Part shown: positions 12,446-24,554 of the stretch, one piece after another
Numbering within the stretch: position 1 is the stretch's first letter
Layout of the letters: each line of letters begins with the position of its first letter
From: Octopus vulgaris
Lineage: Eukaryota
Length of the DNA: 64,000 nt
Reading direction: 5' to 3'
Assembly (NCBI GenBank): GCA_951406725.2
Contig: OX597828.1
Location: 68,014,001-68,078,000, forward strand
Made by a program: the position numbers and the translations under genes
Notes under the pieces: generated by a model
Seen by the model: only the letters and a program-made list of their open reading frames with translations
What the model was told of the DNA's origin: nothing
Database searches by the model: none

Positions 12446-12600
12446 GGGAAAGTTTACGAAAAAAAACAAAAGACGAAGACAGGTGGTGTACAAAACAAAC
12501 ATATGTATTAGTATAACACTCAGGAATAGAAAAAGTCTTTTACGTTTCGTGCCTACGCTCTTCTACAGAAAGGTACACAGAAAAAACAAGTAGAGAAACA
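12446..12600 (-). mobile_element. (TA)n-embedded repeat family with minimal variant hammerhead (copy 1)
   Basis: Homologous to 17915-18110 and 47134-47325. Motif at 12537-12572. Confidence 0.7.
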
Positions 12601-12766
12601 TACATACATACATACATACATACATACATACATACATACATACATACAGCCGAAATAGCGAGGATGATCCGGTTGTTGACTGAATATTGAAGGCTTCGTG
12701 TTTTTTGTATCATCTTCTAAATGTTTTGCGTTCTTGTCCCAGTTTGTATTTTTTTACATATATATA

Positions 12767-13837
12767 TTTTTTTTTTTCTAGTTTCAGCTCAGAGCTGCGG
12801 CCATGCTGATGCACCGCCGTTTTGTGCTACACTGTTATTGCGACGAACCTCGTCTAATATGTGGCACTTGGTGAAGAATGGAGTTTGATACAGCTACTCT
12901 CATTTGCACCTCTTGCCGTGAGGTAGGTTCATCTGGGACTCTTGACAGTAAGATGACCAGCTTTGATTTAAAAACCGCTACATCTACTTTGTGCAAGTTC
13001 CTCAGACTCTTTGGGAGAATATTAAAAAGCTGTGGGCCCTTGAAACCCAGGCTGTTGCAGAAGCTGGTCCTGAAGCGTGATGGCATTGCTGGGATCTTTG
13101 GTACTATGCAGTGTCGTCCCGTTCTAGCATTGGTGTAGCTTACAATGCCAAAATTTGGCACAATTCCTTCCAGGATCTTCCAGACATATATTACTGCATA
13201 CCTCTCCCGTCTTCTCTCCAGGGAGTAGAGTCTTAGATGTTGCAACCTTTCCCAGTAGCTGAGCTGTTGCAAAGAGACGATCTTCTTTGTGAATCTTCTC
13301 TGGATTGCTTCAAGGTCCGCTGTTAATTTTACACTGGTGGGTGACCATAGCTGTGAGCAGTAATCCAGGCGACTGAGGACGAATGTCCGCCAGAGGACCA
13401 TCATGGTTTCCTTATCTCTGGTTCTGAATGTTATTAGGATCCACCCAGCCAGTCGTCTGCACTTTGTCGCCGTCCTGGTAATGTGCACTTGGAAAGAGGT
13501 ATCATCACTCATGTCGATACCCAGGTCCCTCACAGACTTAGGCTCTGGGATTGAAATTCCCTGTGGACCGGTGTATCCTGTAAATTTAATATTCAGTTTT
13601 GGATGCTGGTAGCGCAGAGCCTGGAATTTTTCAGCATTAAACTGCATATTATTATCCTCAGCCCATCTGTAGATTGAGTCCAACTCCTGCTGCAGGTGTG
13701 CAACATCGCTGGGGTTCTGTATTTTCTGCGAGACTTTCGTATCGTCTGCATAGCTGGCCAGAGTGGCTATCCGGGCATTTGAGGGCATATCTGAGAGAGC
13801 CACTATAAAAAGCAGTGGTCCCAAGACAGTGCCCTGT
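12767..13837 (-). mobile_element. 5'-truncated CR1-type LINE with open RT C-terminal ORF (12835-13836) and poly(A) tail
   Basis: QGTVLGPLLF...YADDTK...VRDLGI...SRLDYCSQLWSP...LEAIQRRFTK...SYWERL. 329 codons without a stop, short 3' UTR, and (TA)n on both sides. Confidence 0.93.
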
Positions 13838-13839
13838 AC

Positions 13840-13919
<80 letters not shown>

Positions 13920-13921
<2 letters not shown>

Positions 13922-14766
13922 TACACATGTGGAAAATCGGTGTGTTTGTGGCGTTGTTAGCTAACTCCTCCTACATCGTTTTATTGATTTTGATGAAACT
14001 TGACGTGTGAGTAGAACTCATGTCTGGAAACCTCCTGACATACTTAGATTCTTGAAAAATCGATAATATGGCCCCTGGAAGGGACCTTTATATCAACCTC
14101 ATATAACTAAATTTTTTAAAATACCCAAGGGAAATAACCCATGCCACCTGCAGAATTTAGCGAAGTGATCAATATTTGATTCTCACGATCAGCTGACCTA
14201 ATTCTATATTTCACCACTCACAGTTTTGAACTGCTAAACATTATTATTGCACTTTCTGAATTTGAATCTTAAACCTTAAAGACTTCATTCATACATTTCT
14301 ATACATACATACTTTTTTGAATGCCTATTATTCCGATAATTCTGCATTTTTAGAGTTATAATTTCTCCATGACAGTAGATAAATTTTTTATTCCACAGTG
14401 TATTTGTAGTGGCTTCATGCAAGCATAGCGTGGATTCGATCTTCGATTGCCAAATTTCACTTAACACTTCAATAGCGTTTTTCTTATAGTAAAACAATAG
14501 TTTTTTTTTCTGTGAATGCAGTTATACCTTTCCCAGATGCCTTCGCTAAGCAGAATAATGTCTTTGCCTCTCGCCAACCTCCGAAAACCTCTCTCACCAA
14601 CCTCCAACAATCTCTCCCTCCTCCAGCTGACAGTTTTTTGTACTTTTTCGTGGTGGAAAATACACCTTTTGTGGCAGTTATAACGAAATTTCTTTCTTAT
14701 ATCAGAGTAGTAAGGCATTTCAATAGGACATCTTTACCCCCGGGAATTACCGGGTACACCAGCTAG
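13920..14766 (+). mobile_element. Non-autonomous Helitron
   Basis: 3' hairpin CCCGG-gaatta-CCGGG followed by CTAG|T at 14763-14767, plus internal gattttgatgaaacttg motif. The 5' end is lost in (TA)n. Confidence 0.7.
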
Positions 14767-14784
14767 TACACACACACACATATT

Positions 14785-15109
14785 GTGAAGGTGCATGGCT
14801 TAGTGGTTAGGACATTCGGTTCACGATCGGAAGGTTGTGAGTTCAATTACTGGCGACACGTTGTGTCCTTGAGCAAGGCACTTTATTTCACATTGCTCCA
14901 GTCCACTCAGCTGGCAAAAATGAATCGCAGCTGTATTTCATAGGGCCAGCCTTGTCACACTATGTATCATGCTGAATCTCCCCGAGAACTACGTTAAGGG
15001 TACACGTGTCTGTGGAGTGCTCAGCCACTTGCACATTAATTTCACGAACAAGTTGTTCCGTTGTTTGTATCAGCTGGAATCCTCGTCATCGTAACCGATA
15101 GAGTGCTCC

Positions 15110-15110
<1 letters not shown>
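14785..15110 (+). mobile_element. Third tRNA-headed SINE family
   Basis: A box tggcttagtgg and B box gagttcaattac. Related copies at about 5690-6003(-), 34080-34400(-) and 52190-52520(+). Confidence 0.7.
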
Positions 15111-15166
<56 letters not shown>

Positions 15167-15316
15167 GCATATATGAGTACAGGACGTCACCAACGGTGCA
15201 AATAAAACTTGAAATACGTAATTGTATGTGTGTGTGTGTGTGTGTATGTACATATATATACATACATGTAAATACACAAATAGATATTTATATGTATGTG
15301 TGTATGTGTGTGTGTG

Positions 15317-17146
15317 TACAGTATTTGCCGGTGTATAAGCCACACCCATGTATAAACCGCAACCCCAATTTTCGGTCCCCGACGGGGGAAAAACATAGGA
15401 GAAACCGGGAAATAACTGGGGCTAATGAAAAGGAAGTAATGCTGGATCAATACAAACTTCAATATTATGTGTGTTTCACACTTAACCAACATTTCCGACT
15501 GCAATCGTTGATATTCATAATTATTAATGGAAGAAGATGAAGTCCAGGCTTTAAATGCAAGACATAATAAGAGAACGTCTTTTTACTATGTGTGTTTATA
15601 TGATTTATTCATATTGTGATCTTTATATTCTTTCTTGAAAATGTGTGGTCCTGTAAAGGACGGACCCTAATGGGTAGAGACTTCATCCAAAGCTATTCGG
15701 CGTCAGACGACCCATTGAAGACCACGTGGAGTTGATCATCTGCATATGCCAGTTCATCCTCATCATCACTGGAGTCAGAAAAGATAGAAGAGATGGCATC
15801 GTCTTCCCACAAGATGTCATCTTCTGTGCCGTCGAGCGCATTGGATATGCAGCACTTCAGGAAAGCCCGCTAGATGGAATCTTCTCCCAAACCTTCAGGG
15901 TTCACTCGCAGATCATCCCCAAGTCGACTTTATTGTGCACCCGGTCTTTGTCACTTCCGGTGCATTGGCGATCCAATCCTCCCACTGGTGTTGAGACGGT
16001 CCTTAAACAGTTCGTTGATTGCAACATCAAAAGGTTGAAGAAGAGATGTCGTTCCCCCGGGGATCATTGCCACATCGATGTTCAGACGACATATCTTTGC
16101 CTTGGTTTCTTCTGACTTGTAACTCTTTCTCTGATGCAGTCCACTGATGTACCATCCCCACACTATCCGAAGCCGGTCCTCGATGAGTGCCTGGTCCATC
16201 CAGCCTTTCGCTTGGGCGGGACAATGACCCCTGCTGGAAACTTGGCGTCTTTGGGTAATGTCTCCCCTTAAAGACGACGTATAGTGCAAGCTTTCCTCCT
16301 TCAACATCCAAGTCAGCATCACCGTAAAACAGTCCTTCTCTTGACCCGTCGTGACGATTTTCGCTATCTTCTCCACCCCCTCCTCAGCAACAGTTCTCGC
16401 CATCGGAAGATCGAACACGAGAGGAGTCTGGTCTACGTTGCCGATGCGGCTCGGAGGGGGCTGATGCCATTTAGGCAGGTTAACGATAAACCGCTTGAAC
16501 CTCTCGGTCTTCTCGTCGAGATCTTCGGGTGGCCGCTGTGCAAAGTGGGTGCGACGCCTGATAGTCAGATCATGCCTGCGCATAAACCGAAAAGCCTGTG
16601 ATATGCCGGAGAGGAAGTCTCTGACGCCGATGTCTTTGGCAATCTTCTTGACCTCGATTCGGCGGGTGAGTGTCGACACCACGAGTCCGCCAGCCTCTTC
16701 TCCTTCATCCATTCGAGAAGCCCCACCTCCAATTCCGGCCACTACGCCGTCTTTCCCCTTATTGCCTTCTTCTTGGGCATCAACTCGATTGTGTCCTTAT
16801 TGGAGCGCCATCGTTGGACAACAGTTTTGCCAACCCCGAATTGACGGCCCGCAGCACGGTTTCCAAACTCCCCAGCAAACCTGGAAACCGAGAGCTTGAA
16901 GGCAGCTGTGAATGCTTATCCCGGCATGATGACTTGACCGTCGTTGAACTTGAAGAGCGAAGTAGATGAGTCGCATGGAACTTGAAGAGTGGAGCAGATG
17001 AGACAGTGAAGCTAATTACGGTTCAAACAACAGGATGTATCTTGAAAGCTTCCTTTCATCATTACCATTTTCTTTACGTATTTACGTAGGAAATATTACA
17101 AAAAACAAACAAACCGGCGCACTTACAAGTACTTTAAGGTACGGTA
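15317..17146 (-). mobile_element. pogo-family DNA transposon (POGK-like: Brinker-type DBD, CENP-B HTH, DDE_1), frameshifted
   Basis: AFTAAFKLSV..GNRAAGRQFGV..VQRWR; RFMRRHDLTIRRRT; IGNVDQTPLVFD; TTGQEKDCFTVML; IPGGTTSLLQPFDVAINELFKD. Ends TACAGTATTTGCC and TACCGTACC resemble pogo TIRs. Confidence 0.88.
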
Positions 17147-17290
17147 ATGAAATTCCAGCTGGATTTGGTCGATGGAAACTGAAAGAAGCTCGTCGTGTGC
17201 ATTGATAAACATTTTACCCATGGGCTCTTAACGAGCGTCCTCGTTCGAATTGCTTTGCTGCGCCTTTGTTTTGTTTTGTTCTGACAACGC

Positions 17291-17398
17291 AATTCCTGGT
17301 TTTTCCTGAAGAGAAAGCTGCAATATGGTATCCTTATTTAATCAGAATTTGGAAAATTGTGGCCTTTGAAACATGTGTAGAATGTAATAAAAGGAATT
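17291..17398 (+). ncRNA. Type I hammerhead ribozyme in a Penelope-like/retrozyme insert (about 17200-17440)
   Basis: CTGAAGA at 17306-17312; 12-bp stem II with one mismatch; GAAA at 17368-17371; C-ATGT-G stem III; GUA site at 17377-17379; stem I TTC/GAA plus AATTCCT/AGGAATT. Confidence 0.8.
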
Positions 17399-17672
17399 CT
17401 GTACAATCTTCGTTCAACTCCATTTCTTCCATTCACTAATTATATATATATATATATATATATACATGTGTGTGTGTTAGTGTATGTTTGTCTTCCCAAG
17501 ATTGCTTGATAATCGATGTTGGTGTATTTATGTCCCCACAACTTAGCGGTTCAGCAAAAGAGACCGATAGAATAAGCACTAGGCTACTAGAGAATAAGTC
17601 CTGAGGTCAATTTGCTTGACTAAGGGCGGCGTCCCAGCATGGCCACAGACTGAAACAAGTAAAATAATAAAA

Positions 17673-17717
<45 letters not shown>

Positions 17718-17750
17718 TATATGTATATACATACATATGTATATACATAC

Positions 17751-17805
<55 letters not shown>

Positions 17806-17851
17806 CACACATATAGATAGATAGATAGATAGATAGATAGATCCACAGCAG

Positions 17852-17891
17852 CTAGCTTAAAAGCTGCCCTATCAGGCAGCTTTTAAGCTAG
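17852..17891. repeat. Perfect 17-bp inverted repeat between microsatellites
   Basis: CTAGCTTAAAAGCTGCC-ctatca-GGCAGCTTTTAAGCTAG. Confidence 0.9.
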
Positions 17892-17914
17892 TATATATAT
17901 ATATATATATATAT

Positions 17915-18110
17915 AGTGGGGGAGATTCACAAAAGACAAAGACAGATAGTGTAGACAACAAACAGATGTATTAGTTTAACGCTTGGGAAGTGAAAATGTC
18001 TTTAACATTTCGAGCCTAAGCTCTTCCACAGAAAGGAACACAGAAAGAAACAGGGACAGAAAATAAATAGTGTGTAGTGGCTAGCGATGTATCATGGTGA
18101 TTGCCGGACA
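17915..18110 (-). mobile_element. (TA)n-embedded repeat with variant hammerhead (copy 2)
   Basis: Motif at 18000-18035: CTTT CTGTGGA A GAGC TTAG GCTC GAAA TGT T AAAG. Confidence 0.7.
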
Positions 18111-18880
18111 GAGGGCTCACACAAGAGAGCTAGGAAGAAGGGGAGATAACAAAGTAGTGGTGATCCCAAAATGAAGGTGCATCTGAATGTGTATAAGTGA
18201 GCATGTATGTGCACGTGGAAGAGGGTTGGTGACCTTGACGTGTATAGTGGTGACCTTGACATGTGCATGTGTAGGCTTGTGGATGATGGTGTGGGAGCTG
18301 GGAAGTGGTAAATGCTAGTGTGTGCGTGGTGGTGATACACACCCACACCCACACACATATATGGTAAATTGAACCAGGAATCTATGAAGTGTACCACTCT
18401 GCTAGGGATTGGTAATTGATATCCTTGTTCAACAGCTCTGCTTTGTATGCCACTTCAAGATGATTCTTAAACACTCTATCCATCAATGACCAATGTCTGC
18501 TCAGCATCTTAGTAGTAGTAGCAGTAGTAGTAGCCGTATGGTGGCGGGGAGGGGAGTATTCAGCTAGCAGTCTTTCAGTAGGAGGAATAGCGAAGAAGAA
18601 AGGAGTGGCGCAGATGCTTTATTTGTCATCAATTTTACCACTCATCCTACACATCCTTGTCGTTTTCCATGTATTTGGCCTTTCTCTTTACTATGAAATT
18701 TGTTGTTGTTTTTGCTGGTGGGCGGGGTGGGGGTGTAGGTATGATTTGATCAAGAGGGAGATGTATTATACAACAACACTGTCAGGCATACCAGTCTATT
18801 GCAGACCTTATTTTCATCATTGCGGTTGTCACTTGAAACAAAACTATTTGTTTTAGCATTTGTAAATATCGGTGTGTGTG

Positions 18881-18919
<39 letters not shown>

Positions 18920-18920
<1 letters not shown>

Positions 18921-19453
18921 AATAAAATATATGCATATATACAAACATATATGTACGTACCTACCTCTACATGTACATATACACGCATATATGTGTACAG
19001 GACACCAAAAAGACGTCGAACACATAGAGAGACGAAAAACATAGACACAAACCAAGGAACAAGACAAGCAAAAAAAAAAGGAGATACAGGACAATAAGCA
19101 CAACGAAAAATCCCCTTCTTCAGTCGCTAAGATTTCATCTACTAAACGTTTCGAAGGATATAAAATACAAAATGGGACAAGAACACAAAACATCCAAATA
19201 GACGAAACAAAAAACACGGACGGGTCATTCGAAGCCTTTAATCTTCAGTCAAGAACCGGATCATCCTCGCAATTTCGGCTGATTAATCTTGAGATTGCTC
19301 CAATCTGGCTAGCATCAAGGAAAAACTAAGCTAGCAGCATTAGATTCCTTGGAAAAAAGCTTCGAATGTATACGAAACAAGGACGGAAAAATGGACGATG
19401 TTACACGAATATAAATACAAAAAAAAAAAACGAATATAAATACAAAAAAAACA

Positions 19454-19504
<51 letters not shown>

Positions 19505-19560
19505 GGACATAACAACAGGCGTCTTTCGACTGGAAACGAATTGAATTCAGCTGGCGTATT
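18920..19560 (-). mobile_element. (TA)n-embedded repeat with two GAAA...CTGAAGA motifs (Penelope-related?)
   Basis: Partial copy at 12648-12757(+), and a related motif at about 8325-8375(-). Confidence 0.55.
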
Positions 19561-21397
19561 AAGAATAAGTATTACAGCAGACATATATATGTGTGTGTGT
19601 GTGTATATATATATATCTGAGAGATAGAGACAGAGAGAGATGAGGGAGAGATAGAGAGAGAGATCGATTGAATAGATTGGAATGTAAAATAGATAGAGTA
19701 TGACATGTATGACAATGAAAAATGTCTCTGTGATTTGGTTTTTCACTGCAGTTTGTCATGGAGAAAAATTCTTGCTTAAGACAAAATAGGATCGAAACAT
19801 CATAGTCAACTTAGGATGCATCCTTTTGAACTGATGGATGCATTTCAAAGTCTTTGGCATCAGATACCAAAGAGAGGCAACTCTGACTAGGAAACAAAGG
19901 TTCCTTTATAAGAAATCGGTCAATATCATTAGCTTCAACTATATCTCAGGCATATTTGAACGGGTGTTAACTTTGTTAGCTTTCAGTCACTGCTTTGCAC
20001 ACCTAGTAATAAATTTGTTCTGGCCTGGCAGCCAATATGTGCCATCAGCCAATAATATTGGTTTCAAATTTTGGCACAAAGTGCCTTGGCTCCTCGACCC
20101 TTGTATACTGCATAATCATCATCATCATTGTTTAACGTCCGTTTTCCATGGTAGCATGGGTTGGACGGTTCGACCGGGATCTGGGAAGCCAGAAGGCTGC
20201 ACCAGGCCCAGTCTGATCTGGCAGTGTTTCTACAGCTGGATGCCCTTCCTAACGCCAACCACTCCGTGAGTGTAGTGGGTGCTTTTTACGTGCCACCGGC
20301 ACAGGTGCCAGGGAAGGTTGACAGCGGCCACGATCGGTTGGTGGTTTTTACGTGCCACCGGCACGGAAGCCAGTCAAGGTGGCACTGGCATCGGCCACGT
20401 TCAGATGGTGCTTTTTATGTGCCACCGGCACAGGGATCACAACTACAATTTCCATTGATTTTTGATGTTGATGTACTTGACTCAATAAGTCTCCTCAAGC
20501 ACAGAGTCGAAACGGTGTTTCTTTACTTGCCACCTACACAGGAGTCAATCCAGCGGCACTGGCAACTGCCGGGTGCCAGTCATAGAATTGGTAAGAAGAT
20601 GTAAATACCAAATTGTGCTTGGCAATACATATCGCTATCCGTGAGTTAAAAACGCAACAAACCCAAGAGTAACTACACCAGGTATTGATGCTTTCTACAG
20701 GATATTGGTTGTTTGATTAGCCATAGGTTGAAACAAACAAAAAAAGCTCATCTATTCTACACACCATTATGGACTGCATATACATGCAATTATGGACTCT
20801 CGATACAACCAAGGTCTATATAATCAGAAACTACACTATGTTCATGGAATTGTTGCTGTGAAGTGGGCTTATGCCATTCTTCCAGGTCTTCGGATACATA
20901 ACATTCTTGTGTCTGTGTTGTCATCATCAGCATCATCATCATCATCGTTTAACGTCCGCCTTCCATGCTAGCATGGGTTGGACGATTTTGACTGAGGGCT
21001 GACAAACCAGACGGCCGCACCATGGAATAGGATTTGCACTATTAGGGTTGATGTGGGACTTGGACAAGAACAACTTCAGAAAGAGAATATGTAGAGATGG
21101 AGAGAAACAAGATCCATTGCCGCCTTTCCTGTGGTTGATGGGACCAGGGATTAGATTCCTTCCCAACTCCATTACTCCCTCTCTCCCCCTCCAGCTGGCA
21201 ATACCCTCCTCTCCCCAGGGAATGCTTGTGGCAGGCCCCTCCACCAGGGGGGGGGGGGGGAGTTGGAGCTACTGTATTCAAAGTTGTATATTTGCTTTGT
21301 CCTTGAGACAAATAAAGAAGTCCTGGTGGTGGTGGTGGTGGTGGTGGTGTTGGCAGTGGTGATGGTTGTAGTCGGGGTGGGAGTGGAGCGTACTCAC

Positions 21398-22238
21398 CAC
21401 CCTGCAGGCGTTGTTGTTGTTGTGGCTGTCATCGTGGTCCTCCTTGTTAGTTATCATCCATTGTCTTGTTATTGTTATCGCGGTTCTTGTGGTTGTCATC
21501 ATCATCATCATCGTCGTAGTCTTCTTTGTCGCCGCCGTTTATTATGTTTACACTTTCTTCCTCCAAGCCAGAAGTTTGTGGAATGTTGAGGGGATAGACA
21601 CACACACACACACACACACACACTCATACACACATATTCACATTTCATAGAGACAGATGTGCACTCACACACACACACATACACACACACATACACATCT
21701 CACACACACACACACATATCACACATACACATACACACACATACACATCTCACACACACACTTATACACACACATACATACACACACACATACACATCTC
21801 ACATACACACACTCATACACACACACACATACACACTCATACACACACATACACACACACACACACACATCTCACACACATACACTTGTACACACATACA
21901 TACACTGCAGTGTCAAGAAGCCCAATGAAGAGATTGATAAATTACTTGACCTCCAACAATTGTCATGGAGACAATATCTTGAAATATAAAAGTTTATCTC
22001 TGGCTTCTCCTTCTCCTCCTCCTCCTCTCCTTACCACCAACATCCACCACCACCATCACCTGTCCTCCAATACACCACTACCCTCGCCAACCCCCTTTGC
22101 CACCACCACCGCCGCCACCTCTACTCCACCGCCGCCACCATTGTAGAACAGCTGGGCTTTGTTAGTCTGACATGTTGAAGAGAAATATTATTCTTTCCTA
22201 TACAGTGCAACATTGTTGCTGGTGTGTGTGTGTGTGTA

Positions 22239-22270
<32 letters not shown>

Positions 22271-22406
22271 GAGGAGGAGAGAGGAGGGTGTCTTTTCTTA
22301 TCTGGATTTTTGTAAAAGCAACATATTACAATTATAAAAAAAAATTCAGGTTTCAAAACAAGAAACACCAAAAGAACCGGAGAACTTCCATACATGCCAA
22401 ACTGGA
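21398..22406 (-). other. Candidate non-coding/5' UTR exon rich in simple repeats
   Basis: Acceptor tttttttcctttcag at 22407 and strong donor GTG|GTGAGTA at 21397. No recognisable protein. Confidence 0.2.
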
Positions 22407-23039
22407 CTGAAAGGAAAAAAAACTAATAATAATGATGATGCTGATGATGATGATGATTTCTTTTATTTGTTACAAGGGTAAAGGATGAGGTGGGGAACAA
22501 TAAATACTGAGGCAGACATAAAATCTGGTTATTTATATAGAACAGAATCTAAGTATATAGGTGTAGACATGTAGACATGGCTGTTTGGCAAGAAGGATAC
22601 TTCCCAAGGCATAGTTCTAGGTTCAGTCCCACTGTGTGGCACCTTGGGCAAGTGTCTTCTACTGTAGCCTTAGGCCAACCAAAGCCTTGTGAGTGCACGG
22701 AAACTGAAAGGAATCTGTCGTATATATGTGTGTGTATACATACATGCATACATACATACATACATATATATATATCCTGTGCCAGTGGCACGTAAAAAGC
22801 ACCAACCGATCGTGGCCGTTGCCAGCCTCCCCTGGCACCTGTGCTGGTGGCACATAAAAAGCACCCGCTACACTCACAGAGGGCATCCAGCTGTAGAAAC
22901 ACTGCCAGATCAGACTGGGCCTGGTGCAGCCTCCTGGCTTCCCAGACACCGGTCGAACCGTCTAACCCATGCTAGCATGGAAAGCGGACGTTAAATGATG
23001 ATGATGATGATGATGATATATACATACATACATACATAC

Positions 23040-23760
23040 ATGGGAGTACCCAAAAGAAACCGGAATTTTGCAATATTATTTTATTCACTTGGTTTTACAT
23101 GTTTACACTTTTACCACCTTCAGAACATTCTCCATTTGAAGCAACGCATCAGTCCAGATGCGTTTTCCCCTATTCGAAGCAATGCAGGAATTCTTGCAAA
23201 GTGATGCCTTTTAATGCCTCTGAGCATTTTCTTCACTTCTCCCACATCTTCAAAATCCCATGGCACCAGCTTTTATCACCTGTGATGACCTTCAAAAAAA
23301 AGGTCCAGATCAACTTCCAGCAATTCCTTCAGTTCGCAACATGCATTCAGTCGAGATTGCTTTTGATCTTCTGCGAGCAACCAAGGCACAAATTTTACTG
23401 CAACTATTTTTTTTCTCATTTGCAATTCCTCACTCAGAATTCATTGGCAGGTGCTCCAGAACATGCCAGCCAAATCAACATGTTCGTTAATCATTTGGTG
23501 ATAATCCTCCAAGATCAGTTCATGTATTTTCATGTATTTTCATTGGTTCAGGCGGTCAACAGTAACCCTGAATTAGGTTAGTCTTCAAGAAATAAGTGAC
23601 CATTCCTAAAGCATGGAAGCCACTCATAAACTTGTGTTTTGCTCATAGCAGCATCCTTGTAAGCTGTTTGAAGCAGGACAACTGTTTTGGTTGCCGTTTT
23701 CCCCAGAAGAAAACAGAATTTCATGGAAGCACACTGTTCTTTCGTTTCAGCCCTTTTTCA
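23040..23760 (-). mobile_element. Decayed mariner remnant
   Basis: Minus-strand 5' part resembles a mariner N-terminus (FCFFWGKTATKTVVLLQTAYK). The 3' part ends with a mariner-like RCFKWRMF-type terminus. Heavily disrupted. Confidence 0.65.
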
Positions 23761-23769
23761 GCATTTATT

Positions 23770-24380
23770 GTACCTGTGCATCTTCTGCATACAAAGATTA
23801 GTCTCCTTGTTAACCTTCCTCTGATATTGCTGCACCTTTAATGTGTCCAATGCTTACACTGCATGCATCTTATGGAGTTTCTACCTACACCTTTTCTACA
23901 GATCGAGCAGGGCCATCTACCTGAAGAGATTTGTGATTTATCTGCCTTCCTACTTATTAAGACTTTGGTTTTTGTTAGGTTAACTCTAAGGCCTTTCCTT
24001 CAATTCTAGATCTTGCTTCCATACCTGGAACTTTTCTAGTTCAGGTAGTGATTCAGCTATAAGAAGAAGGTCAACAGCATAGAGGAGCCCCTAGGGGCAG
24101 CCTGTCTTAAATTCCTCTGTTATTGCTTGGAGGACTATGATGAACAAGAGGGAGCTGAGCATTGATCTTTGGTGAACCCCTACTAGTACCTTGAATTCTT
24201 CACGTACTTATTGCCAACATACCTTACTGGTAGCATCCCTGTACATAGCTTGAACAGCTCTCACTAACCATTCATCTGTCCCTAGTCTCTACATTAAGGA
24301 TTGGGGAACTCTATCAAAGGCTTTCTCCAAGTCAACAAAGGCCAAGAACAGACAATTATCTTTGGCTAGGTAATTTCACC
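23770..24380 (-). mobile_element. RTE LINE RT fragment
   Basis: AFVDLEKAFD-like motif, HQRSMLSSLLF, LLYAVDL, and SGRWPCSICRKGVGRNSIRC Cys-rich insert. Confidence 0.8.
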
Positions 24381-24554
24381 TGATGACAACAACGATGATG
24401 ACGACGACAATGATGACGATGATGATGATGCATATCTATATAGAAATATATTTTTTAAAAAGTACAATAAAGTACAATAATTAAAAAGAGAATATATATT
24501 TTTTTTTAAATAAGGCATGAAAGATTTTTCAGGCCAGGCTGTGTTAAACAGTTC

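Noticed and set aside
19780-20010. Possible coding exon in unique sequence
   Set aside because: Stops occur in the plausible frames and no recognisable protein results.
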